Assembly: GCA_044378235.1 (NCBI GenBank)
Contig: JBILXT010000002.1
Coordinates: forward strand, 10,257-74,256
DNA length: 64,000 nucleotides
Source of the DNA: Planctomycetaceae bacterium
GTDB taxonomy: Bacteria; Planctomycetota; Planctomycetia; Planctomycetales; Planctomycetaceae
Direction: 5' to 3'
Shown: positions 37,113-47,251 of the stretch, piece after piece
Position numbering within the stretch: position 1 is the stretch's first letter
How the letters are laid out: every line of letters starts with the position of its first letter
Notes under the pieces: model-generated
The model's input: the letters and a program-made list of their open reading frames with translations, nothing else
Told to the model about the DNA's origin: nothing
Databases searched by the model: none
Translations under genes and position numbers: made by a program

Positions 37113-39035
37113 ATGTCTGATCAGGAACAATTCCTGGATGTGATCGATCGCGATGAGGCGGAGCGGAGATTTCGCAGCGCTCTGACTCTCGCTCCGCTGG
37201 GAATTGAGAAGATCGCGGTCAGAGATGCTCTGGGACGAGTACTCGCGGACAATGTATTAGCCCGTGTTGATGTGCCATCGTTTGATCGGTCGAATTTCGA
37301 TGGCTACGCAATTCGAGCCGTTGATACTCAGTCAGCCAGTGAGCTGATGCTTCGATCTGTGCAATTGCTGAGCGAATCATTAGAGGCAGGAATGGCTCCC
37401 ACGATGGAGCTTGGTCCAGGCCAGGCCGTCAGTATTTCCACAGGAGGCATGTTGCCGCGCGGGGCTGATGCGGTGCTGATGGTCGAGCATGCGGAAGAGG
37501 CTGATGGCAAGGTTTTGATTCGTCGATCCGTTACTCCGGGCTTCGGGATCTCGTTTGCCGGAACCGACATCGCTGTCGGCGAAACGGTCCTCCGCTGTGG
37601 CACGGTGTTGACCAGTCGTGAGACCGGAGTCCTGGCGGCTCTGGGTGAAGAATCTGTTGACGTGTGGCGTCGCCCAGTCGTCACGATCATCTCGACAGGC
37701 AACGAAATCATCGCGCCCGGTGATGAGATGCGACCTGCGGCCGTTTACGATTCGAACTCACAGGTGCTGGCTGATGCGGTTCGTGAACAGGGTGGTGTTG
37801 CGATCTTTGGAGGCATCATTCGTGACGATACCGATCGTCTTCGTGAGGGCGTTCGGGAAGCTCTGCGGACTTCGGATCTTGTTCTGCTCTCCGGTGGAAC
37901 CAGCAAGGGTCGCGGCGATCTGTGTTATCGTGTCGTTGCGGAGTTTCGCGATCCCGGCATCATCGTCCACGGAGTTGCGTTGAAGCCTGGCAAGCCGATT
38001 TGTATGGCGGTTACTCAGGGAAAGCCTATTGTCATTCTTCCCGGCTTCCCGACGTCAGCCGTATTTACGTTTCATGAATTCGTTGCTCCAGTCATCAGAA
38101 TTCTGGCGGGGCGACCGACGGAGCCACAGGAAGAGTTGACCGCTTCCATGGCGGTGAAAGTGAATTCAGAGATTGGTCGGACCGAGTATCTGCTGGTTGG
38201 GCTCGTGAAGACGGACACAGGGTACTCGGCCTTTCCCATGGGCAAGGGATCCGGATCAGTCACCACGTTTAGTCGCGCGGACGGATTTGTCACGATCCCT
38301 CGGCACACGGAGATTGTTGAGTCAGGTACGTCCGTTCGCGTTCGATTGATTGGCCGAGGTCGTCAGCCGGCCGATTTGATTGTCATCGGAAGCCACTGCG
38401 TGGGTCTTGATTATCTGTTGACCGAACTTCAGCGTCGCGGGATCACATCAAAACTATTGACGGTTGGGAGTACTGCCGGTCTTCAGGCTGCGAAACGAGG
38501 CGAATGTGATGTTGCCGGGATTCATCTGCTGGACAGTGCCAGTGGAGTCTATAACCGCCCGTTCCTGAATGATGCCGTGAGCCTGATTGACGGTTATGTT
38601 CGCTCGCAGGGAATTCTGTTTCGACGCGGTGATGTGCGGTTTGAAAATCGAACACCGGAAGAAATCGTCGCTCTGGCGTCCCGGGATTCGTCGATCGTGA
38701 TGGTGAATCGCAACCAGGGAAGTGGTACGAGAATTCTGATCGACCGACTATTGGCCGGGGCAACTCCTTCTGGTTACGCAGTTCAACCCGGCAATCACAG
38801 TGCGGTCGCTGCGGCGATTGTGCAGCATCGTGCTGACTGGGGCGTGGCGATCGAAACGATGGCCCGCAGTAACGATCTGGGATTCATCCCGATTCAGGAT
38901 GAGCATTACGATTTCGCCGTGCCGATTTCCCGAAGAAGTCGCCCTGAGGTTTGTGCATTTGTGGATTTGCTGAGGAACGATGCGACTTTGGAAAAGCTGA
39001 CCGAGCTGGGTTTTCGAGCCAACGTGAGCTCTTAG
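37113..39035 (+). CDS. moeA: molybdopterin molybdenumtransferase MoeA fused to a C-terminal periplasmic-binding-protein-like domain
   Basis: 640 aa. The first ~400 aa are MoeA-like (VPSFDRSNFDGYA, ISTGGMLPRGADAV, LLSGGTSKG). The last ~230 aa are PBP-like (VIGSHCVGLDYL, GIHLLD, VNRNQGSGTR). Confidence 0.85.
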   Translation: MSDQEQFLDVIDRDEAERRFRSALTLAPLGIEKIAVRDALGRVLADNVLARVDVPSFDRSNFDGYAIRAVDTQSASELMLRSVQLLSESLEAGMAPTMELGPGQAVSISTGGMLPRGADAVLMVEHAEEADGKVLIRRSVTPGFGISFAGTDIAVGETVLRCGTVLTSRETGVLAALGEESVDVWRRPVVTIISTGNEIIAPGDEMRPAAVYDSNSQVLADAVREQGGVAIFGGIIRDDTDRLREGVREALRTSDLVLLSGGTSKGRGDLCYRVVAEFRDPGIIVHGVALKPGKPICMAVTQGKPIVILPGFPTSAVFTFHEFVAPVIRILAGRPTEPQEELTASMAVKVNSEIGRTEYLLVGLVKTDTGYSAFPMGKGSGSVTTFSRADGFVTIPRHTEIVESGTSVRVRLIGRGRQPADLIVIGSHCVGLDYLLTELQRRGITSKLLTVGSTAGLQAAKRGECDVAGIHLLDSASGVYNRPFLNDAVSLIDGYVRSQGILFRRGDVRFENRTPEEIVALASRDSSIVMVNRNQGSGTRILIDRLLAGATPSGYAVQPGNHSAVAAAIVQHRADWGVAIETMARSNDLGFIPIQDEHYDFAVPISRRSRPEVCAFVDLLRNDATLEKLTELGFRANVSS

Positions 39036-39338
39036 TAAGCGGCCTGCCTCATGTAAATCGCTGCCTGCGAAGGTGGCGTGCTAAATCCGACTTTGGGTGC
39101 TGTTCGACCCAGGAATCGTGGGAAATCAATACGCGACGTCAGCTCAAAGGGTGAACAGAAAGCTCACTGCAGCGACCTGCAAAAACTGCTGTTCCAGAAA
39201 AATTGGTTTCTCACATAGACTTCGCGCGTCAGAGGACGGCGGGATCGCGGGCGAAATGTGAATTCCGTCGGGGGCCAGGGAGTGTCTGCCTGCTGACACA
39301 CCAAATTGGAACAGCACCACCAGGGAAAGGAACCCGCC

Positions 39339-40943
39339 ATGCAAGCTCTGCGAATGCCGGAATTCGGCCGCGCAATAGTCACCGCACTGCTTACTGTGAC
39401 CATCGCTTCGTCCGCAATGGCTCAAACAAGCCGCATTAGTCGCACAGAAGCTGACTTTAATGATTTGAATCGAAGACTACCGGCTGGAGAGATCGGAAGT
39501 CTTCAGGATCTTCGGTCGCGTCCCACCGTTCCGCCTGCCAGATCCGTTGACTATTCCAAGGTCGACAAGCGTGCGCTCGCAAACCTGATGAAGGAAACTG
39601 TCGACGAAGCCGGTCGATTGTATGCCTCTTTGGATGCTGACTATCGACGCAATCTGAGCCTTCGACCAATGCTGTCTGACCTTCAGAAACTGCGAGGACT
39701 CGCGAATCTGGTCAGTCAGGATCTGGCCGCGGGCGTGGCTTTGGAAAACATTGTTGCCGACTTCCGTCAGATTGATGCCGACTGGCGTTTGTTGTCTCAT
39801 CGTCTTGCACAGGCCACCGGATTGAGCAACACGACTCTGCAGAGCATTGACCGGATTGATCGCCTTGATCAGCAGGTTGGAAAGCTGTTTCAGGTTGAGC
39901 CATCTTTGGACCGTCGAGCCCTTCAGCAGCAACTTGGGATTCTCGACAGCTCCCTATACAACATGAGTGATGAACTCCGTCGTGACCTGAATGCGTCGAC
40001 CAAGGTTTCTATGATGGTCAGTGACACTCGCAAGCTTCAGCAGCAGGTTGCCAGGATCGAAGAACTGGTTATTGACGACTATCCGTATGAACGCATCGTC
40101 AGCGAGTATAACCGCTTTGAACGTGCCTGGGCCGTGATGCTGGATCAGGTCGCATCGATCAACAACACCTATGTTCAACGTTCTGTCCGCCGCATCATCG
40201 ACGCCGATAACCTGATTCATGAACTGTTGTGGATTGAGAACACGACCAGCCGTGCACAGCTGAAGCAGACCGCTGACGCATTGATTCGCGATGTCGATGA
40301 GTTCTACAACCGCACGCCACTGAAGCTGCTTTTGACTTTCAAGAATGCGACCGGCACTCTTCAGATCGCTGACAACTTTTATGGAACCGTGCAGAATTTC
40401 AAGGACAACCTTGATCGCAATGAGAGTGATCAGGAGCTGATTGAAAGCTATCGTTACGTTGAGGAATACGGCACTATTTTCGTTCGCACCTTCAGTGCCC
40501 TGAAGAGTCAGGCAGCGATTGTTGTGCTTCGCGAGATCGAAGATGGCATGGCGGCATTGCGAGCAGAACTGAATCTGGGTGGCACAGTCTCTCAGGTGGA
40601 TACTCGTGAGCTGATTCCAATTGCGGCCTCTTTGGATAATCTGGCCTACCAGATGGAATTTGATATTCGAGCCTGGATGAACAAAGCTCGTCCAACGTAT
40701 CGAGCAGAGGTGACAGCTGCATCTGCGGCCTTTGTGAAGCGAACTCAGAAGCTTCACAACATGCTGGATTCTGAGCCGACACTTCAGGAACTTCAGCGGG
40801 AAACGGATAGCCTCTATCAGGAATGGAAGACGGTTTACGGATTCCTGTCTCGATGCACAACGGAAGAGCGTCTGAATCTGTCGCAGATCGCCTCTGAAAT
40901 CCGACGAGATCTCACGGATCTGAACAGTTCACTTCGTCTTTGA
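39339..40943 (+). CDS. hypothetical secreted all-helical repeat protein
   Basis: Start set to ATG 39339, which gives a signal peptide (AIVTALLTVTIASSAMAQ). There are four ~110-aa helical modules, followed by a strong terminator. Confidence 0.6.
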   Translation: MQALRMPEFGRAIVTALLTVTIASSAMAQTSRISRTEADFNDLNRRLPAGEIGSLQDLRSRPTVPPARSVDYSKVDKRALANLMKETVDEAGRLYASLDADYRRNLSLRPMLSDLQKLRGLANLVSQDLAAGVALENIVADFRQIDADWRLLSHRLAQATGLSNTTLQSIDRIDRLDQQVGKLFQVEPSLDRRALQQQLGILDSSLYNMSDELRRDLNASTKVSMMVSDTRKLQQQVARIEELVIDDYPYERIVSEYNRFERAWAVMLDQVASINNTYVQRSVRRIIDADNLIHELLWIENTTSRAQLKQTADALIRDVDEFYNRTPLKLLLTFKNATGTLQIADNFYGTVQNFKDNLDRNESDQELIESYRYVEEYGTIFVRTFSALKSQAAIVVLREIEDGMAALRAELNLGGTVSQVDTRELIPIAASLDNLAYQMEFDIRAWMNKARPTYRAEVTAASAAFVKRTQKLHNMLDSEPTLQELQRETDSLYQEWKTVYGFLSRCTTEERLNLSQIASEIRRDLTDLNSSLRL

Positions 40944-40969
40944 TCACTGACGAAACTTGAGTTTCACGA

Positions 40970-41001
40970 AGCCCGGCTCTTCCCGAGTCCGGGCTTTTTT
41001 T
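40970..41001 (+). terminator. rho-independent terminator
   Basis: AGCCCGGCTC-loop-GAGTCCGGGCT followed by a run of 7 T, 27 nt after the stop at 40943. Confidence 0.8.
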
Positions 41002-41395
41002 ATGGGGCAAAAACAAGTCGTACGCGGACAGCGGGATGTTGATTGAATCGTTACTCGACACACCAGTGTGCGATTCAGGGCTTCCCGCCTGGTCGCATGG
41101 GTGAACATGAAAGGCAGATGCTCGCCATTTCGGAGTTTTCTGTCTGACAATATGCGAGGGGCCTTCGCTTAAGCTTGACGCCGCGAGCCAGCGTGAACAA
41201 CGAGTCCCGAACATTTGTTCATTGCGGGCAGGGTTTAAAGGGGCAGTCCAGCAAGAGCATGAACGAAATTACGACTTCGGTGTGGTCGATTCCGGTTTTC
41301 CTGAGCAAAATGAATTCTTCTGAACGACTCGCTGAAGATTATTTGGGGTTTGCAACGGTAATTGAACAGGTTCGACTCTGCAGAGGTGCTTTTCG

Positions 41396-43693
41396 ATGAA
41401 GCTTCGTATCGCTCGCCATGTCGTGTTGCCAGTTGTGCTGTTGGGGGCCACCTTCGGTTCGTGGAAATTGCTGGCTCAGGATGGCAAGGTTCTTCGGCAG
41501 CGATTCGACCAGTTGGATAAGAATACTGACCAGAAACTCAGCACCGAAGAACTGACCGACAAGGCCATCTTTGCGAAGCTTGATTCTGACAGTGACGGAT
41601 TTGTGACGCTGGAAGAAGCCACGGCCGCGTTCAAAGCCGGCACGCTGACTCGCGAAGAAGTCGAGGGACGACCAACTCCAAAGCCGGAACCAGATCCAAT
41701 CTCTTCACAGACCAAAGCTGGCGGAGGGGAGACGAAGGGGCTGCGTCAATCTGCAAAGACGCTTCGCCCTGCTGACCATGGCGTCGGGCGTTACATGGCC
41801 GATGTTTCGTTTGCTGATATCAACGAAGCCCGGCACTCTCTCAAAGAGTTCAAGGAGAAGTCCTTCGTGGTTGTCGCCATGACCAGCACCAGTTGTCCGC
41901 TGAGCCGTAAGTATTTACCTTCATTGGTCGAGCTGTCACAGAAGTATTCGCCTAAGAACATTCAGTTCATTGTCATCAACTGTGTGCCGACGGATCGTAT
42001 GGAAGAGATGAAGACGGCCGCTGAGTCGCTCGGTGAATCTGTCTGCTATGTTCACGATGCCGACGAATCTCTCTCAAAGCATTTCGGTGCGCTGACAACG
42101 ACGGATGTTCTGGTGCTTGATCCAGCTCGCACTGTCGTTTACCACGGTGCGATCGACGATCAGTATGGAATTGGCTACGCCCTGGATGCTCCGAAGAATC
42201 GCTTCCTTGCCAACGCATTAGAGCAATTGCTGGGAGGACAGGCACCGCAGATCGCCGCGACGCTCGCTCCTGGTTGTACAGTTGAGCATGATGATGAAAG
42301 CGTGGCGGAGTCGAATTGGACTTATCACAATCGAATCTCGCGAATCATTCAGGCCAACTGCCTGGAATGTCATCGCAGTGGTGGAGTTGGCCCGTTTCCT
42401 CTGGAATCGCATGCGGATCTCGTGGGCCATGCTGGCATGATTCGACAGGTTGTCGACGGTCGCACGATGCCACCGTGGTTCGCTGGGAACTCGGAAGACA
42501 AGCACGCCAGCCTGTGGGCCAACGATCGATCTTTGACGGAATCAGATCGCGCCGATCTGCTGGCATGGCTGGCCAGTGACAAGCCTGAAGGAGATCCCGC
42601 CGATGCTCCACAGAAACGACACTTTGTCGATGGCTGGACCATCGGTACGCCTGACCTCATCGTGCAGATTCCTGAACCGATTAAAGTGAAGGCCACCGGG
42701 ACGATGCCTTATCAGTTCGTCACCGCACAAACGACTCTGGACGAAGATAAGTGGATTCAGGGTTATGAGATCGTGCCGACAGATCGCAGTGTCGTGCATC
42801 ATGTGATTGTCAATGTTCACGAAAAAGGCGCAGGGCGAATTCGTGATCGAGAAGAAGGAATCGGCGGTTACTGGGCCGCTTATGTACCCGGAAACGCAGG
42901 ACAGCTTTATCCGAACGGATTTGCTCGCAAGCTGCCCGCTGGAGCAACCGTTAGTTTCCAGATCCACTACACACCGGCCGGTACCGCGACTCAGGACCAG
43001 TTGAAGATGGGACTTGTGTTCGCAAAGTCAGAACCGAAATATGTCATCACGACGCTGTCGCTGGCCGACACGGATCTCAACATTCCGCCACACACCTCAG
43101 ACCATGTGGAAACCATCACGCGTCCGGTACCAACGGACGTGAATGTGATGGCTTACATGGCCCATATGCATGTTCGCGGCAAGTCGTTCAATTACGAGCT
43201 GATTAAACCCGACGGTCAGACGGAAACACTGCTCGACATTCCGCAGTACGACTTCAATTGGCAACTGCGTTACGACTATCGTGAGCCTAAAGTTGTGCCG
43301 GCAGGAAGTCGCGTGAAAGTCACTGCCGTTTTCGACAACAGTGAAAACAACCCGGCAAATCCAGACCCCGCGAAGACTGTGCATTGGGGCCAGCAAACAT
43401 TCGATGAGATGATGATTGGCTATGTGGAAACGTTTGCACCGGTCGGTGAAGAACCAGCATCGATTCGAAGAGCGGCAGGAGATGGGCAGGCTCTGTTCAA
43501 GGTTCTGGATACGGATGCTGACGGAAAGCTCAGCAAAGATGAAGCCACGAAAGCAGCAGAACGAGTTCCTCGGTTACGTGACAATCCGGGGATCCTCGAT
43601 CGGCTCTTCGAGCGTAATGATGCCGACAAGGACGAGAAACTGAGTCAGGATGAGTTTGATAAGCTCCGTCAGCAAATCGCCGGTCGCGGTTAA
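41396..43693 (+). CDS. multidomain secreted redox protein: EF-hand pair / thioredoxin-like / CxxCH heme motif / PHM-DBH-type copper monooxygenase-like domain / EF-hand pair
   Basis: 765 aa. EF loops are DKNTDQKLSTEE, DSDSDGFVTLEE, DTDADGKLSKDE and DADKDEKLSQDE. The Trx-like motif is MTSTSCPLS. The heme motif is NCLECH. The copper-ligand pattern is VVHHV...QIHY...AHMHVRG...DEMMIG. Confidence 0.8.
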   Translation: MKLRIARHVVLPVVLLGATFGSWKLLAQDGKVLRQRFDQLDKNTDQKLSTEELTDKAIFAKLDSDSDGFVTLEEATAAFKAGTLTREEVEGRPTPKPEPDPISSQTKAGGGETKGLRQSAKTLRPADHGVGRYMADVSFADINEARHSLKEFKEKSFVVVAMTSTSCPLSRKYLPSLVELSQKYSPKNIQFIVINCVPTDRMEEMKTAAESLGESVCYVHDADESLSKHFGALTTTDVLVLDPARTVVYHGAIDDQYGIGYALDAPKNRFLANALEQLLGGQAPQIAATLAPGCTVEHDDESVAESNWTYHNRISRIIQANCLECHRSGGVGPFPLESHADLVGHAGMIRQVVDGRTMPPWFAGNSEDKHASLWANDRSLTESDRADLLAWLASDKPEGDPADAPQKRHFVDGWTIGTPDLIVQIPEPIKVKATGTMPYQFVTAQTTLDEDKWIQGYEIVPTDRSVVHHVIVNVHEKGAGRIRDREEGIGGYWAAYVPGNAGQLYPNGFARKLPAGATVSFQIHYTPAGTATQDQLKMGLVFAKSEPKYVITTLSLADTDLNIPPHTSDHVETITRPVPTDVNVMAYMAHMHVRGKSFNYELIKPDGQTETLLDIPQYDFNWQLRYDYREPKVVPAGSRVKVTAVFDNSENNPANPDPAKTVHWGQQTFDEMMIGYVETFAPVGEEPASIRRAAGDGQALFKVLDTDADGKLSKDEATKAAERVPRLRDNPGILDRLFERNDADKDEKLSQDEFDKLRQQIAGRG

Positions 43694-43716
43694 TCATTTA
43701 TAAAGCGGGAAACGTT

Positions 43717-44499
43717 ATGATGTTTCGCCTGAAGTACATCGTGAGTATTGTGGCTGGGCTGTTGGTGGTAACCAGCGGACTGATACAAGCTGCTGAACCG
43801 AAACCGCGAACGTGGACCATTGATGGCGTTTCACGGGAGGCAATAATCGCCGTCCCTGATGCCGCCAAACAAACAGCTTCACCGCTTGTATTCGTCTTCC
43901 ATGGTCATGGCGGCAACATGCGTCAGGTGGCGCGCTCATTTCGCATTCACGAACTTTGGGATGAAGCGATCGTCGTGTACATGCAGGGGCTCAATACTCC
44001 GGGACAGCTCACCGATCCGGAAGGCAAACGCCCGGGCTGGCAAAAAGAGAAAGGCGATCAGAAGGACAGAGATCTCAAGTTCTTCGATGAGGTTTTGAAA
44101 TCACTAAAGCAGGACTACAAGGTTGATGAAAAGCGAATCTTCTCGACCGGTCATTCCAATGGCGGTGGTTTCACTTACTTGCTGTGGTCCGAGCGTCCCG
44201 ATGTTTTTGCCGCCTTCGCTCCTTCGGGTTCAGCCGCGCTGAAGGTCAAGAATAATCTGAAGCCCAAGCCGATGCTGCATATTGCTGGCGACAATGATCC
44301 GCTTGTTAAGTACGCCTGGCAGACGATGATGATCGATTCCGTTAAGAAGACGAATCAGTGCGAAGAAGGTCAGCCGTGGGAAGAGAAGTGTACTCAATTC
44401 CCATCAAAGATCGGTGCCCCGGTCATCACGTTTGTGACATCCCAGGGGCACAAGTTTCCTGCTGAAGCACCTGCTTTGATCGTGAAGTTCTTTAAATAG
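43717..44499 (+). CDS. secreted esterase, PHB-depolymerase/LpqC-like alpha/beta hydrolase
   Basis: 260 aa with a signal peptide, VFVFHGHGGN and the nucleophile elbow GHSNGG. Confidence 0.75.
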   Translation: MMFRLKYIVSIVAGLLVVTSGLIQAAEPKPRTWTIDGVSREAIIAVPDAAKQTASPLVFVFHGHGGNMRQVARSFRIHELWDEAIVVYMQGLNTPGQLTDPEGKRPGWQKEKGDQKDRDLKFFDEVLKSLKQDYKVDEKRIFSTGHSNGGGFTYLLWSERPDVFAAFAPSGSAALKVKNNLKPKPMLHIAGDNDPLVKYAWQTMMIDSVKKTNQCEEGQPWEEKCTQFPSKIGAPVITFVTSQGHKFPAEAPALIVKFFK

Positions 44500-44657
44500 T
44501 ATTGATCAGCCTTAAAGAGAACGGGCTTCCTGAAGCTCGTTGAAATGCACATGAAGTACGTCATCAGGTGTCCCATTTGCGATCTGTGCACTTGATGGGC
44601 AGGCAATAGCGTGTCGTAGCACTTCGCACTGGCATCACCACAGGTCATGAAGACCGA

Positions 44658-44777
44658 CTAGTGCTTTGTCAAGCTTCAATTTTGGGGTAGTGGACCTTGC
44701 TAAAGGTCCTCCTGTGTTGGGATCTTTAGCAAGATCCACTACCTCTACCCCCGTTCTTTATCTTGACAGAGCACTAG
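44658..44777. repeat. ~120-nt imperfect long palindrome (MITE-like or structured RNA)
   Basis: The outer arms are CTAGTGCTTTGTCAAG and CTTGACAGAGCACTAG. The inner arms are GGGGTAGTGGACCTTGCTAAAGGTCC and GGATCTTTAGCAAGATCCACTAC..CTACCCC. It lies between convergent genes. Confidence 0.75.
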
Positions 44778-44851
44778 CTAGGTTCATCTTATCAGGTCCT
44801 CTCCACAATGAGCCCCAAACAACTGCATCTCGGCACTTGATGAGCAAGTCA

Positions 44852-45634
44852 TCAGTCAAATTTGACCTGAAAACCGGAGATCATCATTCCCGCATCAACG
44901 GTCAGAGTCTGGCCCGTAACAATTCGACTGCCGGTAATAAGACTGACAATGCCGTCAGCAATATCTTCCGGCTGACATGTTCGGCCTAGCGGAAGGCTCT
45001 TTTTGTAGGCTTCGACCAGCGTGTCGAATCGATCGCCCAGGCCAGCATGAGTCCAGCGAGTTTCCACGAATCCGGGCGCCACACCGTTTACTCGAATCAG
45101 CGGTGCAAATGTGCGAGCCAGCGATACCGTCAGATTGTCCAAAGCCGCCTTGGTGCAGCAATACGGAATCGAACTGCCCTGTCCCAACTGAGCGGCCACG
45201 CTTGAGACGTTGACAATCATGCCGCCACCAGAGGCCGTCATGGGTTCTCGCACAGCTCGTGCACAATGAAATGCTCCGACAACATTCACCTTCCAGAGTC
45301 GCTCCCAGGATTCGTCCGTCGCGGCTTCCAGATTCTGAAAGGCAATGAAGTCCGTTGTTCCTGCACAGTTGACCAGAACATCGATTCGTCCAAAGACTTC
45401 CATCGTCTTTGAGACCATCGCTCGACAGGCGACGTCATCAGCCACGTCAGCCTTCACGGCAATCGCCTGTGAGCCCAGCCCGACTATCTCCTGCACGGTT
45501 GATTCTGCATCAGCTTCGGATCGCGAGTAATTCACAACCACGCAATAGCCAATTCGAGCCAGCGCCAGTGAGGTGGCTCGACCAACTCCTGTTCCTCCAC
45601 CCGTCACGATGGCCACTTTATTTGCAGATGACAT
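44852..45634 (-). CDS. short-chain dehydrogenase/reductase (FabG-like)
   Basis: 260 aa with TGGGTGVGRA (TGxxxGxG) and the catalytic YCCTK (YxxxK). Confidence 0.9.
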   Translation of the reverse strand: MSSANKVAIVTGGGTGVGRATSLALARIGYCVVVNYSRSEADAESTVQEIVGLGSQAIAVKADVADDVACRAMVSKTMEVFGRIDVLVNCAGTTDFIAFQNLEAATDESWERLWKVNVVGAFHCARAVREPMTASGGGMIVNVSSVAAQLGQGSSIPYCCTKAALDNLTVSLARTFAPLIRVNGVAPGFVETRWTHAGLGDRFDTLVEAYKKSLPLGRTCQPEDIADGIVSLITGSRIVTGQTLTVDAGMMISGFQVKFD

Positions 45635-45694
45635 TTCGTATTTCCTTCAAAGCACGAATGCTGAGCCGAGATTCAATTATCAGAATTATACCGC

Positions 45695-47251
45695 CTAGAG
45701 ATGCCGCAACTGACGCTCCGGAAGACCAGCCTCGGCGACCTGACGAGCAGCCGGTGACGGCAATTCAAACTTCTTCAGGAACGCAGGTCGATCACGGCGA
45801 CCGGAGCGAGTGTAATCGGACCAGATCTCCAGTGCGACGCTTCGCTCATCCAGTCCACGAACAGTCGTGAGATATTCATATACGCGTTCAAATAAGCGGC
45901 TGAGCGAAATCCCGTGTCGTCGCTGCTCCTTCTCATACAGCCAGTCACAAAAGATCTGAAACTCTGCGAATGCCGAAGCGGAATCATCAAGCATCAACCG
46001 TAACGTCGCTGCAAAATTTCCGCTGTTGCCAACAAGATCCCAATACCGCGCGAAGCGTCGGAGTCCGTTCATCTGCTCAAACGACAACAGTCGATTCGAC
46101 AGAATTTCATATGGGGCATTTCGGCTGTAAACCATCCGCCATTCGGAGTCATGGCGAATAATGGGCGTGCCCCGCAATCGCTTGAGAATGCCGACCTGAA
46201 TCTCCTGAGGATGCAGAGCATATAAGCGATCAAACCCGGCCGCAAAACTCTCTAGCGATTCACCCGGCAGACCAACAATCAGATCCGTGTGAATATGAAC
46301 GACTGTTTCATTGCGCAGGAATCGCAGGTTCTCTTCCAGTTTTGAATTGTCCTGAGGTCGACTGATCAACTGACTGACGTCATCGCTGAAAGTCTGAACT
46401 CCAATCTCGAACTGCAAGGATCCAGCGGGAAAGCGTTGAATAATCTCACGCAGCGATTCTGGAAGTCGGTCCGGAATGAGCTCAAAGTGCAAAAATAAAC
46501 CGGGAGTCCATCGCTCCAGGAAGAACTCCAGGATCGCTCGACTGATCCGCAGATTCAAGTTGAAGGTTCGATCCACAAACTTGAACTGCTTCGCACCTCG
46601 ATCCAGAAGCTTTTGCATCGACTCCAGAAACAGCGGCAGCGAGAACGCGCGAACCGGTATCTCCAGCGCCGAAAGACAGAACTCGCAGGTGAATGGGCAG
46701 CCTCGCGAAGCTTCAACGTAGAGCACTCGATGAGCAAGATCTTCCGCTGAGTATAGTTCATAGGGCAGCTGAAGCTGATCCAGCTGCGGCACAGGAGCAT
46801 GCAGGATTTGAGGTGTCGAGTTGCGAGATTCGATCATTCCGGTGGAAAGAAGCCGCTCGCATAATCGCCGAAATTCCAGATCAGCTTCCCCGGTGATAAC
46901 GTAGTCCGCCAGTGCTACGATTGGCTGTGTCTCCGTTTCGTAACTCACCTCCGGACCGCCCAGCACAACAACAACATCCGGGGCGATCTGCTTTAGGTCA
47001 GCAATCAATCGTAGAGTCTGGTCAACATTCCAGATATAGACACCAAAGCCAACGATCCGAGGAGACTCACTGAGTATCGCGGCCAGCACATCCTGCAGAT
47101 TATCGTTGATTGTGAATTCGCGAATGACGGACTCATTCTGCAGATCACCCAGATTGGCCTGCAAATAGCGAAGCCCGAAGCTGGCGTGAATGTACCGAGC
47201 ATTCAGTGTTGTCAGGACGATGGAAGTCATACAGAGACAGTCTTTTGACAA
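45695..47251 (-). CDS. B12-binding-domain radical SAM protein (DUF4080-type C-terminus)
   Basis: 518 aa. The N-terminal region is B12-binding-like. The CxxxCxxC cluster is [12 protein letters not shown]. Confidence 0.85.
   Translation of the reverse strand: MSKDCLCMTSIVLTTLNARYIHASFGLRYLQANLGDLQNESVIREFTINDNLQDVLAAILSESPRIVGFGVYIWNVDQTLRLIADLKQIAPDVVVVLGGPEVSYETETQPIVALADYVITGEADLEFRRLCERLLSTGMIESRNSTPQILHAPVPQLDQLQLPYELYSAEDLAHRVLYVEASRGCPFTCEFCLSALEIPVRAFSLPLFLESMQKLLDRGAKQFKFVDRTFNLNLRISRAILEFFLERWTPGLFLHFELIPDRLPESLREIIQRFPAGSLQFEIGVQTFSDDVSQLISRPQDNSKLEENLRFLRNETVVHIHTDLIVGLPGESLESFAAGFDRLYALHPQEIQVGILKRLRGTPIIRHDSEWRMVYSRNAPYEILSNRLLSFEQMNGLRRFARYWDLVGNSGNFAATLRLMLDDSASAFAEFQIFCDWLYEKEQRRHGISLSRLFERVYEYLTTVRGLDERSVALEIWSDYTRSGRRDRPAFLKKFELPSPAARQVAEAGLPERQLRHL

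Noticed and set aside
39954-40757. 267-aa minus-strand ORF
   Set aside because: It is antisense to the longer 39339..40943 ORF, which has a signal peptide, internal repeat structure and a strong terminator.
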